Below are positions 27,015 to 36,330 of a stretch of DNA of 49,950 nucleotides, piece after piece. The DNA is from a virus (Duplodnaviria; Caudoviricetes). The stretch covers positions 1-49,950 of IMG/VR virus record IMGVR_UViG_3300027986_000003, one strand, 5' to 3'. How positions within the stretch are numbered: the stretch's first letter is position 1; every line of letters starts with the position of its first letter. The position numbers were made by a program, and so were the translations under genes. A model generated the notes under the pieces. That model searched no databases. It was not told the DNA's origin and worked only from the letters and a program-made list of their open reading frames with translations.

Positions 27015-27195
27015 AACACTGTAATTTCTGCCAATGTTTCTTTGCAGCCTCGACTAACTCACGTTCATCGAGACACAAGAACCTACCACCGCAACGGTTA
27101 AGTCTACGATGGTTAATCATTTCGTGCATCTTGTTGAACGTCTCTCCGCACCCGATGCAATGTGCTGCCCTCGGTTGTTTGTATGGATTGCGCAT
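26908..27195 (-). CDS. C2H2/C2HC-like zinc finger protein
   Basis: CIGCGETFNKMHEMINHRRLNRC matches C-x2-C-x3-F-x5-hydrophobic-x2-H-x5-C. Confidence 0.6.
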   Translation of the reverse strand: MRNPYKQPRAAHCIGCGETFNKMHEMINHRRLNRCGGRFLCLDERELVEAAKKHWQKLQCCEDGSDSAVWHYHQYRDMAARFFLLRKRRIDDALV

Positions 27196-27415
27196 CTTCC
27201 TTTGCCCATCGTTTGTGTGCAGCTACGGCACGATATGCGAGCTTACGTATCAGTGCCGAACACTCTCGACATCTGCCACGCTTGTCTCGCGGTGAAGAAT
27301 GGTTACGTTTGCAGGGTTTATGCCCGCGTAAATGGCTCCAATTCATAACAACTCTCCATCTTAATCCAGATTTCTCCTTCGATGAATAAACCATGCAGTT
27401 GTTTCCATCCTGCAC
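27113..27415 (-). CDS. Hypothetical protein with CKRNH...CREC motif
   Basis: Zn-binding-like motif seen in small phage proteins; start uncertain. Confidence 0.45.
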   Translation of the reverse strand: MQDGNNCMVYSSKEKSGLRWRVVMNWSHLRGHKPCKRNHSSPRDKRGRCRECSALIRKLAYRAVAAHKRWAKEDAQSIQTTEGSTLHRVRRDVQQDARND

Positions 27416-28122
27416 GGATGAGAATGAGGTGAGCTAAGCTGTATTCAGGGACGTAATAGACTAATCGTTTCATGGAAAATCCTCCTCACTGTCTGAGTAA
27501 TCCATTCCCTTAGCCCACAGCATTGCAATAGGCACAGCTATTACAACACAGATAACTATGATCTCAATCATATCGTGCTCCCGATATTATGAATGAGCAG
27601 TTTAAAGTCATGCTCAGGACTTCGAGTGCGTGCAGTAGTTGATGGGCGATGATTACGTCATCTCCACCTCCTCCTTACATTGCGCAATGGAGCAACCGAG
27701 TTGCCGAGCTGCTCCCGTCTGCCCTATGACTTGTGACCACTTTTACCAACACAGTCCACTTATGAATGTTGCACAGTTTCTCTGTCAAGTTTTCTCCATA
27801 AGAGCAAACTTGCAACAAAACATAAAATGGAACTAGCCAGAGATATTGGCTGCCATAGGACAGACGAGAACAGCAGCCAGAGACTGCTGGCGATAGCATC
27901 AAGTACGATGAAGTGAGCTATCTCTCGGGTTTATAGTAACCAACTGTGACTTACTTAAAGCCTAAGTCAGGCTGAGGCAGAGCTAGTCATGCCTCTCCGT
28001 TTCTGGATTGCTCTGAACATTGAGCGTGTGGGTAAACGAAACCCACGGATGAAAGCGTGGTAGCTGCTGGAGACCTCGCCGGAGCGACAGCCATACCTTC
28101 ATTTCTTTTCTCCATTGTCCCT

Positions 28123-28151
28123 ATTATGGCAGAACCAACCTTGTAAGTCAA
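28123..28151 (-). promoter_or_regulatory. Sigma70-type early promoter
   Basis: TTGACT-17 bp-CATAAT with a TG extension; shares TTGACTTAC with the 25415 promoter. Confidence 0.7.
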
Positions 28152-28298
28152 ACCGGTTACCGGCCTAAGTCATTGATATCCTTGGATTATTATATTATTG
28201 GACAGAACAGGTTCTTTACCCGGATGGTATTGAAATCGCGGCGCGCACGCATATGTAGGCGACCTGTCATAGCTGTTGCCATGCTGCACTGCGGTAGC

Positions 28299-28384
28299 TG
28301 CAATGCAACAAAATTTGTTGCGACGCAACATGCAATCGCTGAATAGAACAGACAGTGAACGCATGACTATGTTGCAACGCAGCA
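28299..28384. promoter_or_regulatory. Cluster of TGC-N3-GCA palindromes (PhaR-box-like)
   Basis: TGCAATGCAACA at 28299, TGTTGCGACGCAACA at 28316, TGTTGCAACGCAGCA at 28370. Confidence 0.6.
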
Positions 28385-28418
28385 ATGCGCATACCTAGAT
28401 ACCGCCAGACGCAAGCAT

Positions 28419-28451
28419 AAAAAAAAACCCCAGCCGGTTAGGGCTGGGGTT
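28419..28451 (-). terminator. Intrinsic terminator after the first early gene
   Basis: CCCCAGCC/GGCTGGGG stem followed by T9 on the minus strand. Confidence 0.9.
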
Positions 28452-28466
28452 AGGTTGTAGATCAGA

Positions 28467-29789
28467 TCAGGCTGCGTCGGCCGTTTCTTCCGCCTCATTG
28501 TCCGCATTCAGCATTTTCGCCTTCTGAATGTTTTCGTATGTGTTGCGGTTCTTTTCCGCAATCGGATGGACAATGCGGTCCAGTTCCATCAATATTCCCA
28601 GCCACTCTTGGCCAGCCGGGTCTTTCTTGTAGTCGGCGATAGACTTTAGCACATGGGCACGGTTTTCAGTCTTGGTAAAGAAATTCACCAACATTGAACC
28701 CGTAGCTTGTGCCTCATCGTCGGCCATTGCTTCGCCAGCCTTAAGCCCGTCATCAGTGGCTTGATCGTCCGCTCCCTTGCCAGCAGTGGCAATGAGATCA
28801 GCCATCGTTCCGCCACCTTCGCCAAGCTTGGCTAGTTCTGGTTGCATCGCAAGCAATTGCGTGACAGAGAAATCACGGCCCTTGCTTGGATCAGAAGCGT
28901 CGTAAATCCAAATAGGCTTCGGAGACAGTGAAACCATGACGGCAGGTTCAGCTTGCCCGAACTTCTCAGGCATAGCTACGCCTTTCGTCTTGGTTCCAGT
29001 AATCCACCGAATGCCGATTTGGTTCAGCTTTCGGGCCGCTTCCCATCTGTGGTGAAGCTTGATCGCACGCTTGACCAGCGACCGAAGATTGTTCCGGCCT
29101 TGTGTCGCGCTGGCAATGACGGCTTTCAAACCGTCCTTGTCGAGTGCCTTGAACCGCGTTGAGCCCGGGTTGTCGCTTTCTTTCTTGGCAACTGCCAAGT
29201 CATCTTCGAAACCCTTCCCTTCCGGCATGGCAGAGACGAAATCATTCGTCCATGTCACGGTTATCGGTTCGCCCGTTGACGCCTTCACCTTGCGCTTGTC
29301 GGGCTTGTAGCTGGTGCCTTTCGCATCCTCCTCGTCCCATCCGGGCATTGGCATCGAAGCCATTTCCGAATGTGTAAAGACGCGTCGGAATTGAGCCAGC
29401 ACCATGACGGCGCTTGCTTTGTCTGTCACCTTGGCTTCCAAGCAAGTATCAACGACTTGCTTGAATGTGCCGTCAATCTTGGCGACAAGCTTGGTGATAC
29501 CCGGGTCTGCGATCATGACGGTTGCGGCCGTCTCCTCGGCCTTCAAAAGGAAGGCCATCTTTTGATCGTCATCCCAAGTGTCCCAGTCCTTAGCGCGGCC
29601 GATAACCTCGCTAAGAACCTTGTCGGAAAGCTTGATATCACGATCGTTGACAACCTTGAAAACTTCCTTGACGCCTTCCAGCATCTCGGTTGTGGCTTTC
29701 ACAGTGTCCGCAAGCTTTGCCTGTATGTCAGGCGCGGCGTTCGTGACAGGTTCAGACTTGACGTTAGTCTTAGTTGTATTCTTAGCCAT
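28467..29789 (-). CDS. Large early protein of unknown function (440 aa)
   Basis: AAGGA RBS before MAKNTT; monocistronic, with its own promoter and terminator; GC-richer codons. Confidence 0.85.
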   Translation of the reverse strand: MAKNTTKTNVKSEPVTNAAPDIQAKLADTVKATTEMLEGVKEVFKVVNDRDIKLSDKVLSEVIGRAKDWDTWDDDQKMAFLLKAEETAATVMIADPGITKLVAKIDGTFKQVVDTCLEAKVTDKASAVMVLAQFRRVFTHSEMASMPMPGWDEEDAKGTSYKPDKRKVKASTGEPITVTWTNDFVSAMPEGKGFEDDLAVAKKESDNPGSTRFKALDKDGLKAVIASATQGRNNLRSLVKRAIKLHHRWEAARKLNQIGIRWITGTKTKGVAMPEKFGQAEPAVMVSLSPKPIWIYDASDPSKGRDFSVTQLLAMQPELAKLGEGGGTMADLIATAGKGADDQATDDGLKAGEAMADDEAQATGSMLVNFFTKTENRAHVLKSIADYKKDPAGQEWLGILMELDRIVHPIAEKNRNTYENIQKAKMLNADNEAEETADAA

Positions 29790-30045
29790 TGTTCTAGTCC
29801 TTATGTTCAAACGACAAACGCCGCAAAGCGGAATGCCTTGCGTTCGTGTCGTCTTTTCACTTGTCAAAGAGCGATGACCTAGCCTCTCAACTGCCACTAG
29901 CGGACAGTCACCAAGCCAACACGGCATTAGCCGTAAGAGAAGCGATGCAAGAGCTATGCCAAGAAATAGTCCAATGATTTCAATGGCTGTCTTGCCCGGT
30001 TGATTAAGACGTAGGCAAACGCTGCTTATTTCTTAATCCTTCTGC

Positions 30046-30074
30046 ATATTATTTCATCACACTTGATAACGCAA
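30046..30074 (-). promoter_or_regulatory. Putative sigma70-type promoter for the 440-aa gene
   Basis: TTGCGT-17 bp-TAATAT. Confidence 0.5.
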
Positions 30075-30198
30075 GCCGATAACCTAATGAAATCAAGACA
30101 ATAGTAAGATGATACCATTTTTAGCTATAACACAGACGCATAACACATTATTTCGTGGAGTATGATTTTACCTCTGAGTTATGCACTAATCGCATAGC

Positions 30199-30335
30199 TG
30201 TTGCAATGCAACATTCAATAACAAAGCCGCTAGTGAGTTTGACTGTTTAGCCATATCACCCTAGCGGCCATTTGAACGCCAACGTATGACGCTCTAATCA
30301 AATCCTAGAGGTTATTCACATATTGCACTGCAACA
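30199..30335. promoter_or_regulatory. Two further TGC-N3-GCA palindromes
   Basis: TGTTGCAATGCAACA at 30199-30213 and TATTGCACTGCAACA at 30321-30335. Confidence 0.6.
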
Positions 30336-30829
30336 CACTATGATCTCTCAAAGGTAATAGACTACCTCAAAGCCCCTATAGGTACTATAGTACTAAGTCA
30401 TTGAATTCATTGAACTATTGTGTACCTAGTCCTTAGTACTACTTATGTTCTTCTTAAGGGTAACCTGATACTCCCTAAGCCTTACGCTCTACCACTCTAG
30501 GGTATTCTACGAGCATAGTAACTTAGAGGTACTCAGGTATTCTTAAGATAGAATGCATCCCGAGACTATTTCCGATTGAATGATAAGCATGCTTATTGGT
30601 CAATGCTGCTGACCGAAATCCCTCCAAGGGGGTTAGGGGGGTCCCAAAGTGCGCTTGAATTACACCTCAAAAATTACTCGAAAAAAATTTTAGAAGAAAC
30701 GAAGCTTCATACACTTCCAACAACACCACCAACCCCGTCCGCAATAGAACCAAAACTTATCCATGTGCTCCTGTTCACAGAAGGCCACAGAGCGTAATTT
30801 CTTCATTATGGTACATTCCCCTATCTTTT

Positions 30830-31084
30830 TCATTTAAACGCATCAGTGAGGCTGCTAGGGCCGTTTTTCGGCACAGCATTTCTGTGTCTCATGTACAATA
30901 TCTTCCCGTTATCTTTAGCATTCATCAAATTGTAGAAATTAATAGATTTTTCAGGCCCGTTAAAATTCCATTCTAACCAATACATAAAATCTATTTTATC
31001 ATCGCGAACGAGCCTTACAGTTGTATCTTTCTTGCCATAATACAGCCTATCCATTTCCCAGTGTAAATCTTTATATTCAATCAT
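30830..31084 (-). CDS. Hypothetical protein
   Basis: 84 aa, AT-rich. Confidence 0.6.
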   Translation of the reverse strand: MIEYKDLHWEMDRLYYGKKDTTVRLVRDDKIDFMYWLEWNFNGPEKSINFYNLMNAKDNGKILYMRHRNAVPKNGPSSLTDAFK

Positions 31085-31205
31085 TTAATGTTTCCATCGA
31101 TCATATAACCAAGCTAATGTCATTACTACAACAACTACAGTCAGAACATAATATACATTCATTTGAATTCTCCAGTTATTATAATATTCTCATATACAAA
31201 TCCTC

Positions 31206-31439
31206 CTAATATTCATAAGCATCTGGATGATAACGTGGTTTACCTTTTGTCTCAAAACCACCGATAGCTTCTCTATAAACTTTCCCTTCATGTTTTCGGT
31301 GATTTATTGCAGTTCTATAAGGATTCCAGATTTCTATATCATTAGTTGATCTGGGTATTACTTTTTTAAAATTAGTTCGTCCTTTTCTTGTTTTTCCATT
31401 ATTAATGGCGTTAGTTACTGAAATGTCAAGTAAATTCAT
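31206..31439 (-). CDS. Hypothetical basic protein
   Basis: 77 aa, downstream of a minus-strand promoter candidate. Confidence 0.55.
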   Translation of the reverse strand: MNLLDISVTNAINNGKTRKGRTNFKKVIPRSTNDIEIWNPYRTAINHRKHEGKVYREAIGGFETKGKPRYHPDAYEY

Positions 31440-31440
31440 A

Positions 31441-31469
31441 TTGCTAATAATTCTTTTTTAGTGTATAAT
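31441..31469 (+). promoter_or_regulatory. Sigma70-type promoter at the head of the morphogenesis arm
   Basis: TTGCTA-17 bp-TATAAT. Confidence 0.65.
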
Positions 31470-31553
31470 GACCGGCAAATGACTTTACTATATTTTAGTA
31501 AAAAGTCAACTAATTTATTTAGATTCTAGATCAATTTTATACTTGACACAGTA

Positions 31554-31712
31554 ATGCCTAGTAAATCAGCTAAACAGGCCCGCTTTATGGCGGTAGCCGC
31601 ACATAACCCGTCTTTCGCTAAGAAGGCGGGTATTTCTACGTCTGTAGCAAAAGAATTTAATCAAGCCGATAAAGGCACCGGTAGAATTAAAACGAAGAAG
31701 AAAAAGAAGTAA
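31554..31712 (+). CDS. Small basic protein (52 aa)
   Basis: Manual translation MPSKSAKQARFMAVAAHNPSFAKKAGISTSVAKEFNQADKGTGRIKTKKKKK; TAATG-coupled to the next gene. Confidence 0.75.
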   Translation: MPSKSAKQARFMAVAAHNPSFAKKAGISTSVAKEFNQADKGTGRIKTKKKKK

Positions 31713-32014
31713 TGGCAACGCTTTACATAACTGAATACACTGATAGCATGAGAAATACTCTCCCTGCTGCTACTGAACCTGAGAATACTTCGCAGACTGT
31801 AGCCATCGGAGGTTCTTCGACACAATCATCTGCACTTCAAGGTAACACCAAAACTATTAGACTACATACAGATGCTATCTGTTCTATCTTAGTAGGTACT
31901 AATCCTACTGCAGCAACGACAAACAAACGTATGACTGCAGGTCAGACTGAATACTTTAGCATAGCTGAAGGTAGTCAGGGTAAACTCAAGGTGGCTGTTA
32001 TTTCTAATACGTAA
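31712..32014 (+). CDS. Hypothetical protein, possibly structural
   Basis: 100 aa, Thr/Ser-rich with beta-strand character. Confidence 0.7.
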   Translation: MATLYITEYTDSMRNTLPAATEPENTSQTVAIGGSSTQSSALQGNTKTIRLHTDAICSILVGTNPTAATTNKRMTAGQTEYFSIAEGSQGKLKVAVISNT

Positions 32015-33336
32015 TGTTTTCTTCCGTAGCAGGACCTAAATCAGGTGGCGATCCGTGGGCTAGTCTCGACGGACGTCTTAACGCACCTTCAGGTTCACCG
32101 CAGTTTCCGACTCTTCTAAACGGTTACCCTACTTCAACACCTCCAAATTACCGTGTTCGTTGGCCATCTATTGGTACACAACCACCGTGGTATGTAGCAG
32201 GTGTAGATTATTACGTAGGTTGTCCAAACATTACTTTGAATGTTGTTTCCATTTTTACGGGAGTTATTTCCGGAGGCGTACTAACTGTCAGTGCAATGCA
32301 GAGTGGTACACTCCCCTTAATTGTAGGCACGGTCGTTAAAAATACCGGTGGGGTTGTCCTCGGGACTATAAATTCTTTCGGCACAGGACTGGGTGGTAAC
32401 GGAACTTATAACGTAACGGGTAGTGATGTCCCTAGTCAAACGATGGTGACAATTCCTGATGGCTGTGATTACGCCACTGTTAATAGTTCAAACTTTTGTC
32501 AGGTTGTTACGGCTGGAACAACTATCAATGGCTGGGATTTTGGACAAGGCATCGGGTGGCAAGCCGATGTTCAAAGCAATAACATCACTATTACGAATTG
32601 CAAGTTTAAGGTGCTTTCGACAGCGCCCACTCCTATTCAATGTGAGACTACTTCTGGCATCACTATTACCTACTGCACATTCGACGGAAACAACGGGGTG
32701 AATGCGAACGATGGTATTGGGTCGTTAGTTAGACTTACCGCCAGTTCAAATATTTTGATTAAATATTGTTATTTTTTAAATGGTTATTCCGACGGGGTTG
32801 ATTTCGGCACGGGAACTGTTGGTTTCACTTTCCAGTACAATCTGATGTATGATTTTGGGATGGGCGCGGATAAACTGGGTCATCCTGATTACATTCAATG
32901 CGGGTTTGATAGTTGTACTAAGTATCTTTGCACCTTTAATACGTTTTATCAGGATGTCGCCCCTCCTCAGTTTGGATGTCAGGGAACTGGAATAGGAGCT
33001 ACGGCAGGACTAGGTGTGATAAATTGTGCTCCTCAGTTCAACTATAATACTGGAATCGCTCTGCCAGCTTGTTTGTCAAATGAGTCGACGGGCGGCGGGA
33101 TAACTTACTGTGTCGATATTGCAACAGCGTCAATAGCTTCTGGCAACGGTTATGATGTGTCTAGAAATTATTTCGATCCTAGAGGTTTCAAAGGAGCCGG
33201 CGCGCCAACCAATACTAATTGCGTCCAATTCGATGTCGCTCCATCAGCTTCGGGGGGTAATAAATTATGGCTTCCAAACACCAACATGAATGACGGCACC
33301 AATCTCGTTCTTAACGGATTACATTTAGGAAACTGA
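32014..33336 (+). CDS. Right-handed beta-helix (pectin lyase-like) protein, candidate spike/depolymerase
   Basis: Repeating ITITNCKF / ITITYCTF / ILIKYCYF rungs, DGVD and HPDYIQ motifs. Confidence 0.65.
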   Translation: MFSSVAGPKSGGDPWASLDGRLNAPSGSPQFPTLLNGYPTSTPPNYRVRWPSIGTQPPWYVAGVDYYVGCPNITLNVVSIFTGVISGGVLTVSAMQSGTLPLIVGTVVKNTGGVVLGTINSFGTGLGGNGTYNVTGSDVPSQTMVTIPDGCDYATVNSSNFCQVVTAGTTINGWDFGQGIGWQADVQSNNITITNCKFKVLSTAPTPIQCETTSGITITYCTFDGNNGVNANDGIGSLVRLTASSNILIKYCYFLNGYSDGVDFGTGTVGFTFQYNLMYDFGMGADKLGHPDYIQCGFDSCTKYLCTFNTFYQDVAPPQFGCQGTGIGATAGLGVINCAPQFNYNTGIALPACLSNESTGGGITYCVDIATASIASGNGYDVSRNYFDPRGFKGAGAPTNTNCVQFDVAPSASGGNKLWLPNTNMNDGTNLVLNGLHLGN

Positions 33337-33377
33337 ATGTGTAGATTCGTTATTTTACTACGTAACTAGAGTTTAAA

Positions 33378-34100
33378 ATGACATTAGCAACAAATGGTAG
33401 TGCCACAGGTATTAGTAGCTCTTCAAACACTATAACTGTGACATTAAGTACAACGGGCGCAGGGGCTGTCTGCATTGCAATCCAATCATCAAATACAGCT
33501 TCACAACCTACTGTTTCAAGTGTTTCAAGTAATACGTTAGGAACATGGACAAGGCGAGGTATCGACCAAACTTATCAAGGTGGTATTTTTAGCGCTTTTA
33601 ATGTCACAAGCGTGTTTTGGTCATTTTCTTCGGGAGCGCTGACTAATGAAACTATAACGGTGACTTTAACCAACGGAAGTTCTAACACTGCTGTAGCTTT
33701 TGGCGTTGGCGGTTTTATTGGCACAGCTTATCAAACACCTTGGGATACAAACGCTTCTCTTCCAAAGGCTGCTACTTCTACGGCAACTTCTTCACCTACT
33801 TGTTCTGGCATTAGCACAACTAGTGCTAATGATATGCTTATTGCGTTTGCGACATCAGCGCAGAATGGAGCTGATCCTTTAACAGCTCCGACGAATTTTA
33901 CTCTTGTAAACCACATCGGAAACGGAGGAGGATCAGCAGGTTCGTTTACTGATATTTCTGATTTTGTAGTTTCGTCTCAGCAGTCAAGTATAAACGTAAC
34001 TTGGGGAGGTACTACTCCTAGTGGATGGTGTTCAATTGTGGATGCAATGGCCGATGGATCAGGTGGGGCAGACGTTCTACAAGCGCAAATATGGATGTAA
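33378..34100 (+). CDS. Ser/Thr-rich beta-structured virion-associated protein
   Basis: 240 aa; composition typical of fibre/appendage domains. Confidence 0.55.
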   Translation: MTLATNGSATGISSSSNTITVTLSTTGAGAVCIAIQSSNTASQPTVSSVSSNTLGTWTRRGIDQTYQGGIFSAFNVTSVFWSFSSGALTNETITVTLTNGSSNTAVAFGVGGFIGTAYQTPWDTNASLPKAATSTATSSPTCSGISTTSANDMLIAFATSAQNGADPLTAPTNFTLVNHIGNGGGSAGSFTDISDFVVSSQQSSINVTWGGTTPSGWCSIVDAMADGSGGADVLQAQIWM

Positions 34101-34379
34101 ATGGTATTTTCTAAGAAAAGTCTAGAGGGTTATCTACTTCTTGATAACAGTCTTGCAGGGGGTTCTAGGCAAGAGCTTCCTATAGCAACATGCTCTCATT
34201 GTCAGAGAGGTGTTGTTATGAATCCCGGTCGGACCAGAGAACGGGCTTATTGTCCCAAATGTGACCATTACGTTTGTGATGATTGTGAAGCCGCTAGAGT
34301 TGCCAACGGCGGCGAATGTAAAACTTTTAAACAAAGAATGGACGAGGTAGAAAAAATAGCCTCCCGTCTTATTAATTAA
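34101..34379 (+). CDS. Cys-rich zinc-binding protein
   Basis: CSHC...CPKC..VCDDC...C. Confidence 0.7.
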   Translation: MVFSKKSLEGYLLLDNSLAGGSRQELPIATCSHCQRGVVMNPGRTRERAYCPKCDHYVCDDCEAARVANGGECKTFKQRMDEVEKIASRLIN

Positions 34380-34388
34380 GGAGCCAAT

Positions 34389-34898
34389 ATGGCAAAACGC
34401 ATAGTCTCGGTTACTACCCAGACACCAACGGCGACGGCGGATACTACAAACCTCGTCGACGCTACTTATCCCTTCCTTCTTCAGGGTGGGTCTTCTACTC
34501 AACGTACTAACATCCTTGAAATCTATCTCGGTGGTCAGGCAGGTTCGTCTTCGCCGACGTTCATGATCCTGTCTCGCGACAGCACGGTTGCTACAGGTAC
34601 GAATTCTAACGGCACCGGCCAGACAGACGCTGCACTTGATGGTGCTACTGCTGCCCTTGGTGCTCCAGCGCTTACTGGTAACAGTAACGCGACGACGAAG
34701 CCACAGCGTTCAAGCTCGCTTCATTTGCTCAATCTTTCGTTCAATGCCTTCGGTGGTATCGTTCGTTGGGTTGCAGCTCCCGGTGAGGAAATCTCCGTGA
34801 TTGGTAATACTGCCTCTCTCGGTGAGGTTTCTCTCTCGGCGTTCACTGGCGGCACCCCCGGTGCTCTCGGTGCACATATGATCTACGAAACCTTCTAA
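34389..34898 (+). CDS. Putative abundant structural protein
   Basis: AAGGAG RBS; small-residue-rich 169 aa; codon style similar to the capsid gene. Confidence 0.6.
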   Translation: MAKRIVSVTTQTPTATADTTNLVDATYPFLLQGGSSTQRTNILEIYLGGQAGSSSPTFMILSRDSTVATGTNSNGTGQTDAALDGATAALGAPALTGNSNATTKPQRSSSLHLLNLSFNAFGGIVRWVAAPGEEISVIGNTASLGEVSLSAFTGGTPGALGAHMIYETF

Positions 34899-34906
34899 GG
34901 TTTTAA

Positions 34907-35410
34907 ATGACGTTTCGCCCATTAGTTACTCAAGCTCTACCTAAGCGAGACGTTCCCGTTGCGGTGACGTCACAGCCAACCCCAAATCTGTCTGTGACGA
35001 CACTGTTGGGACAAGACGCTCTTCCGTGTCAGTCCCAGAATACATTTAATCCTTGGGGTAGAGTTGATGTCATAACGAACAAGGTCGCACAGACCGGTTC
35101 GAATATGGGTCTACTGACAGTAGTAGCGCCTACACCAAAGTATCAACTTGATTGGCCAAATCCTGTTCTTAGGAAATGGTCTTCTGTTAATTTAACACAT
35201 CTTCAAAATACGTCGCCTGAGCTTGAGGCATTAACTTTTACAATACCTCAGGGACAACAGAGTTTTGTCAATCCTTATCTACCAACAGTAAGACGACAAG
35301 ACTTTAATCCTCCGCAACCCCTTTCAATAACTACTTTTGTTCCGCCAGCGGTAACTACAGTTCATAATACTTACTTCATGGCAGATGTTGGTAGAATGAT
35401 GGCAAGATAA
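34907..35410 (+). CDS. Pro/Gln/Thr-rich hypothetical protein
   Basis: 167-aa ORF. Confidence 0.6.
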   Translation: MTFRPLVTQALPKRDVPVAVTSQPTPNLSVTTLLGQDALPCQSQNTFNPWGRVDVITNKVAQTGSNMGLLTVVAPTPKYQLDWPNPVLRKWSSVNLTHLQNTSPELEALTFTIPQGQQSFVNPYLPTVRRQDFNPPQPLSITTFVPPAVTTVHNTYFMADVGRMMAR

Positions 35411-35494
35411 TGGGTTTAGTAAAGAAAATAACTAGGCTTCGTTTAAAAGTAGAACGATTACAAAGAAAATTAGCGAAGAAAATAAAGGCTAAAA

Positions 35495-35725
35495 ATGGTA
35501 GACGAAAGTTATGATCCTCATGCCAGAATGCATGAGTCTTTCCCACGAGCAGACTCTGGCAGTCAAATGGCGCAGAATGTAGTTCCTATCCGTCCTTCTA
35601 ATCTAGAGCGAGATATCGCCGGAGCACGAAGACAAGTCGAGAATGAACGTAGTATGTCAAACATTGCATCACAAGGCCCAAACGCAGTCAACACAAACAA
35701 TTTAGCGGTGTTTAGACCAAGATGA
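35495..35725 (+). CDS. Hypothetical protein
   Basis: 76-aa ORF in operon. Confidence 0.6.
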   Translation: MVDESYDPHARMHESFPRADSGSQMAQNVVPIRPSNLERDIAGARRQVENERSMSNIASQGPNAVNTNNLAVFRPR

Positions 35726-35865
35726 GTTTTAAAGCAGTAGCAGCTAAGATGGCTGCAAAACAAGGCATTTCAAAACAACGGGCTAGTGCGGAATTGGCTG
35801 CGTCTACTCGTAAAGCTTCAGCATCAGCCAAACGTAAAAATCCTAAACTTAAGAAAGTTAAATGA
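35722..35865 (+). CDS. K/A-rich microprotein (47 aa)
   Basis: MSFKAVAAKMAAKQGISKQRASAELAASTRKASASAKRKNPKLKKVK; ATGA/TGATG coupling. Confidence 0.7.
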   Translation: MSFKAVAAKMAAKQGISKQRASAELAASTRKASASAKRKNPKLKKVK

Positions 35866-35978
35866 TGGCTAAAGCTAGTAAGATGGCTAAAGACAAAGCC
35901 TACGACAAAAAGAATAAGATTAAAGAAAATTCCAAGAAAGATAAAGCCTTGGATAAGAAAAAGGGACTTAAAAGCTAA
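35865..35978 (+). CDS. K/D-rich microprotein (37 aa)
   Basis: MAKASKMAKDKAYDKKNKIKENSKKDKALDKKKGLKS; coupled on both sides. Confidence 0.65.
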   Translation: MAKASKMAKDKAYDKKNKIKENSKKDKALDKKKGLKS

Positions 35979-36181
35979 TGGCAAGCGAAATGATTGATAT
36001 GTGCACTATGGGTGGTTCTGACCTTTCCGGTGGAATTCCTATGGGCACCCCGCAGGATGTAAGTAGACACGCAGCCGTGAAATTACCGATGCCTCCTGAA
36101 CCTGCTATGGTTCATGGAACTGGCATGGCTGGGCATGAAATCGGTGCACCTGAGTCATGGCCAATGGAAGCCATGAAGTAG
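35978..36181 (+). CDS. Met/Pro/Gly-rich hypothetical protein
   Basis: 67 aa, coupled. Confidence 0.6.
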   Translation: MASEMIDMCTMGGSDLSGGIPMGTPQDVSRHAAVKLPMPPEPAMVHGTGMAGHEIGAPESWPMEAMK

Positions 36182-36330
36182 TGGACCAGTTTCAGAAATC
36201 TCTAGAAGCACTTGATCTCCAAGGCGTTTTACTTCTTATGAATGTCTTAGCCCAACGTGCTCTGTTCTTACAAATGAACCCGCCTAAGAAGGCGAAGATA
36301 GAGATTCCAAAGAAAGAATTAATTTTATGA
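36181..36330 (+). CDS. Small hypothetical protein (49 aa)
   Basis: GTG start coupled to the previous TAG; ends overlapping the next ATG. Confidence 0.5.
   Translation: MDQFQKSLEALDLQGVLLLMNVLAQRALFLQMNPPKKAKIEIPKKELIL

Noticed and set aside
27420-28120. Second large ncRNA in the ORF-poor early leader
   Set aside because: Several RBS-led micro-ORFs (e.g. MKVWLSLRR..., 39 aa) can explain it, and helix density is much lower than at 13.4-15.1 kb.
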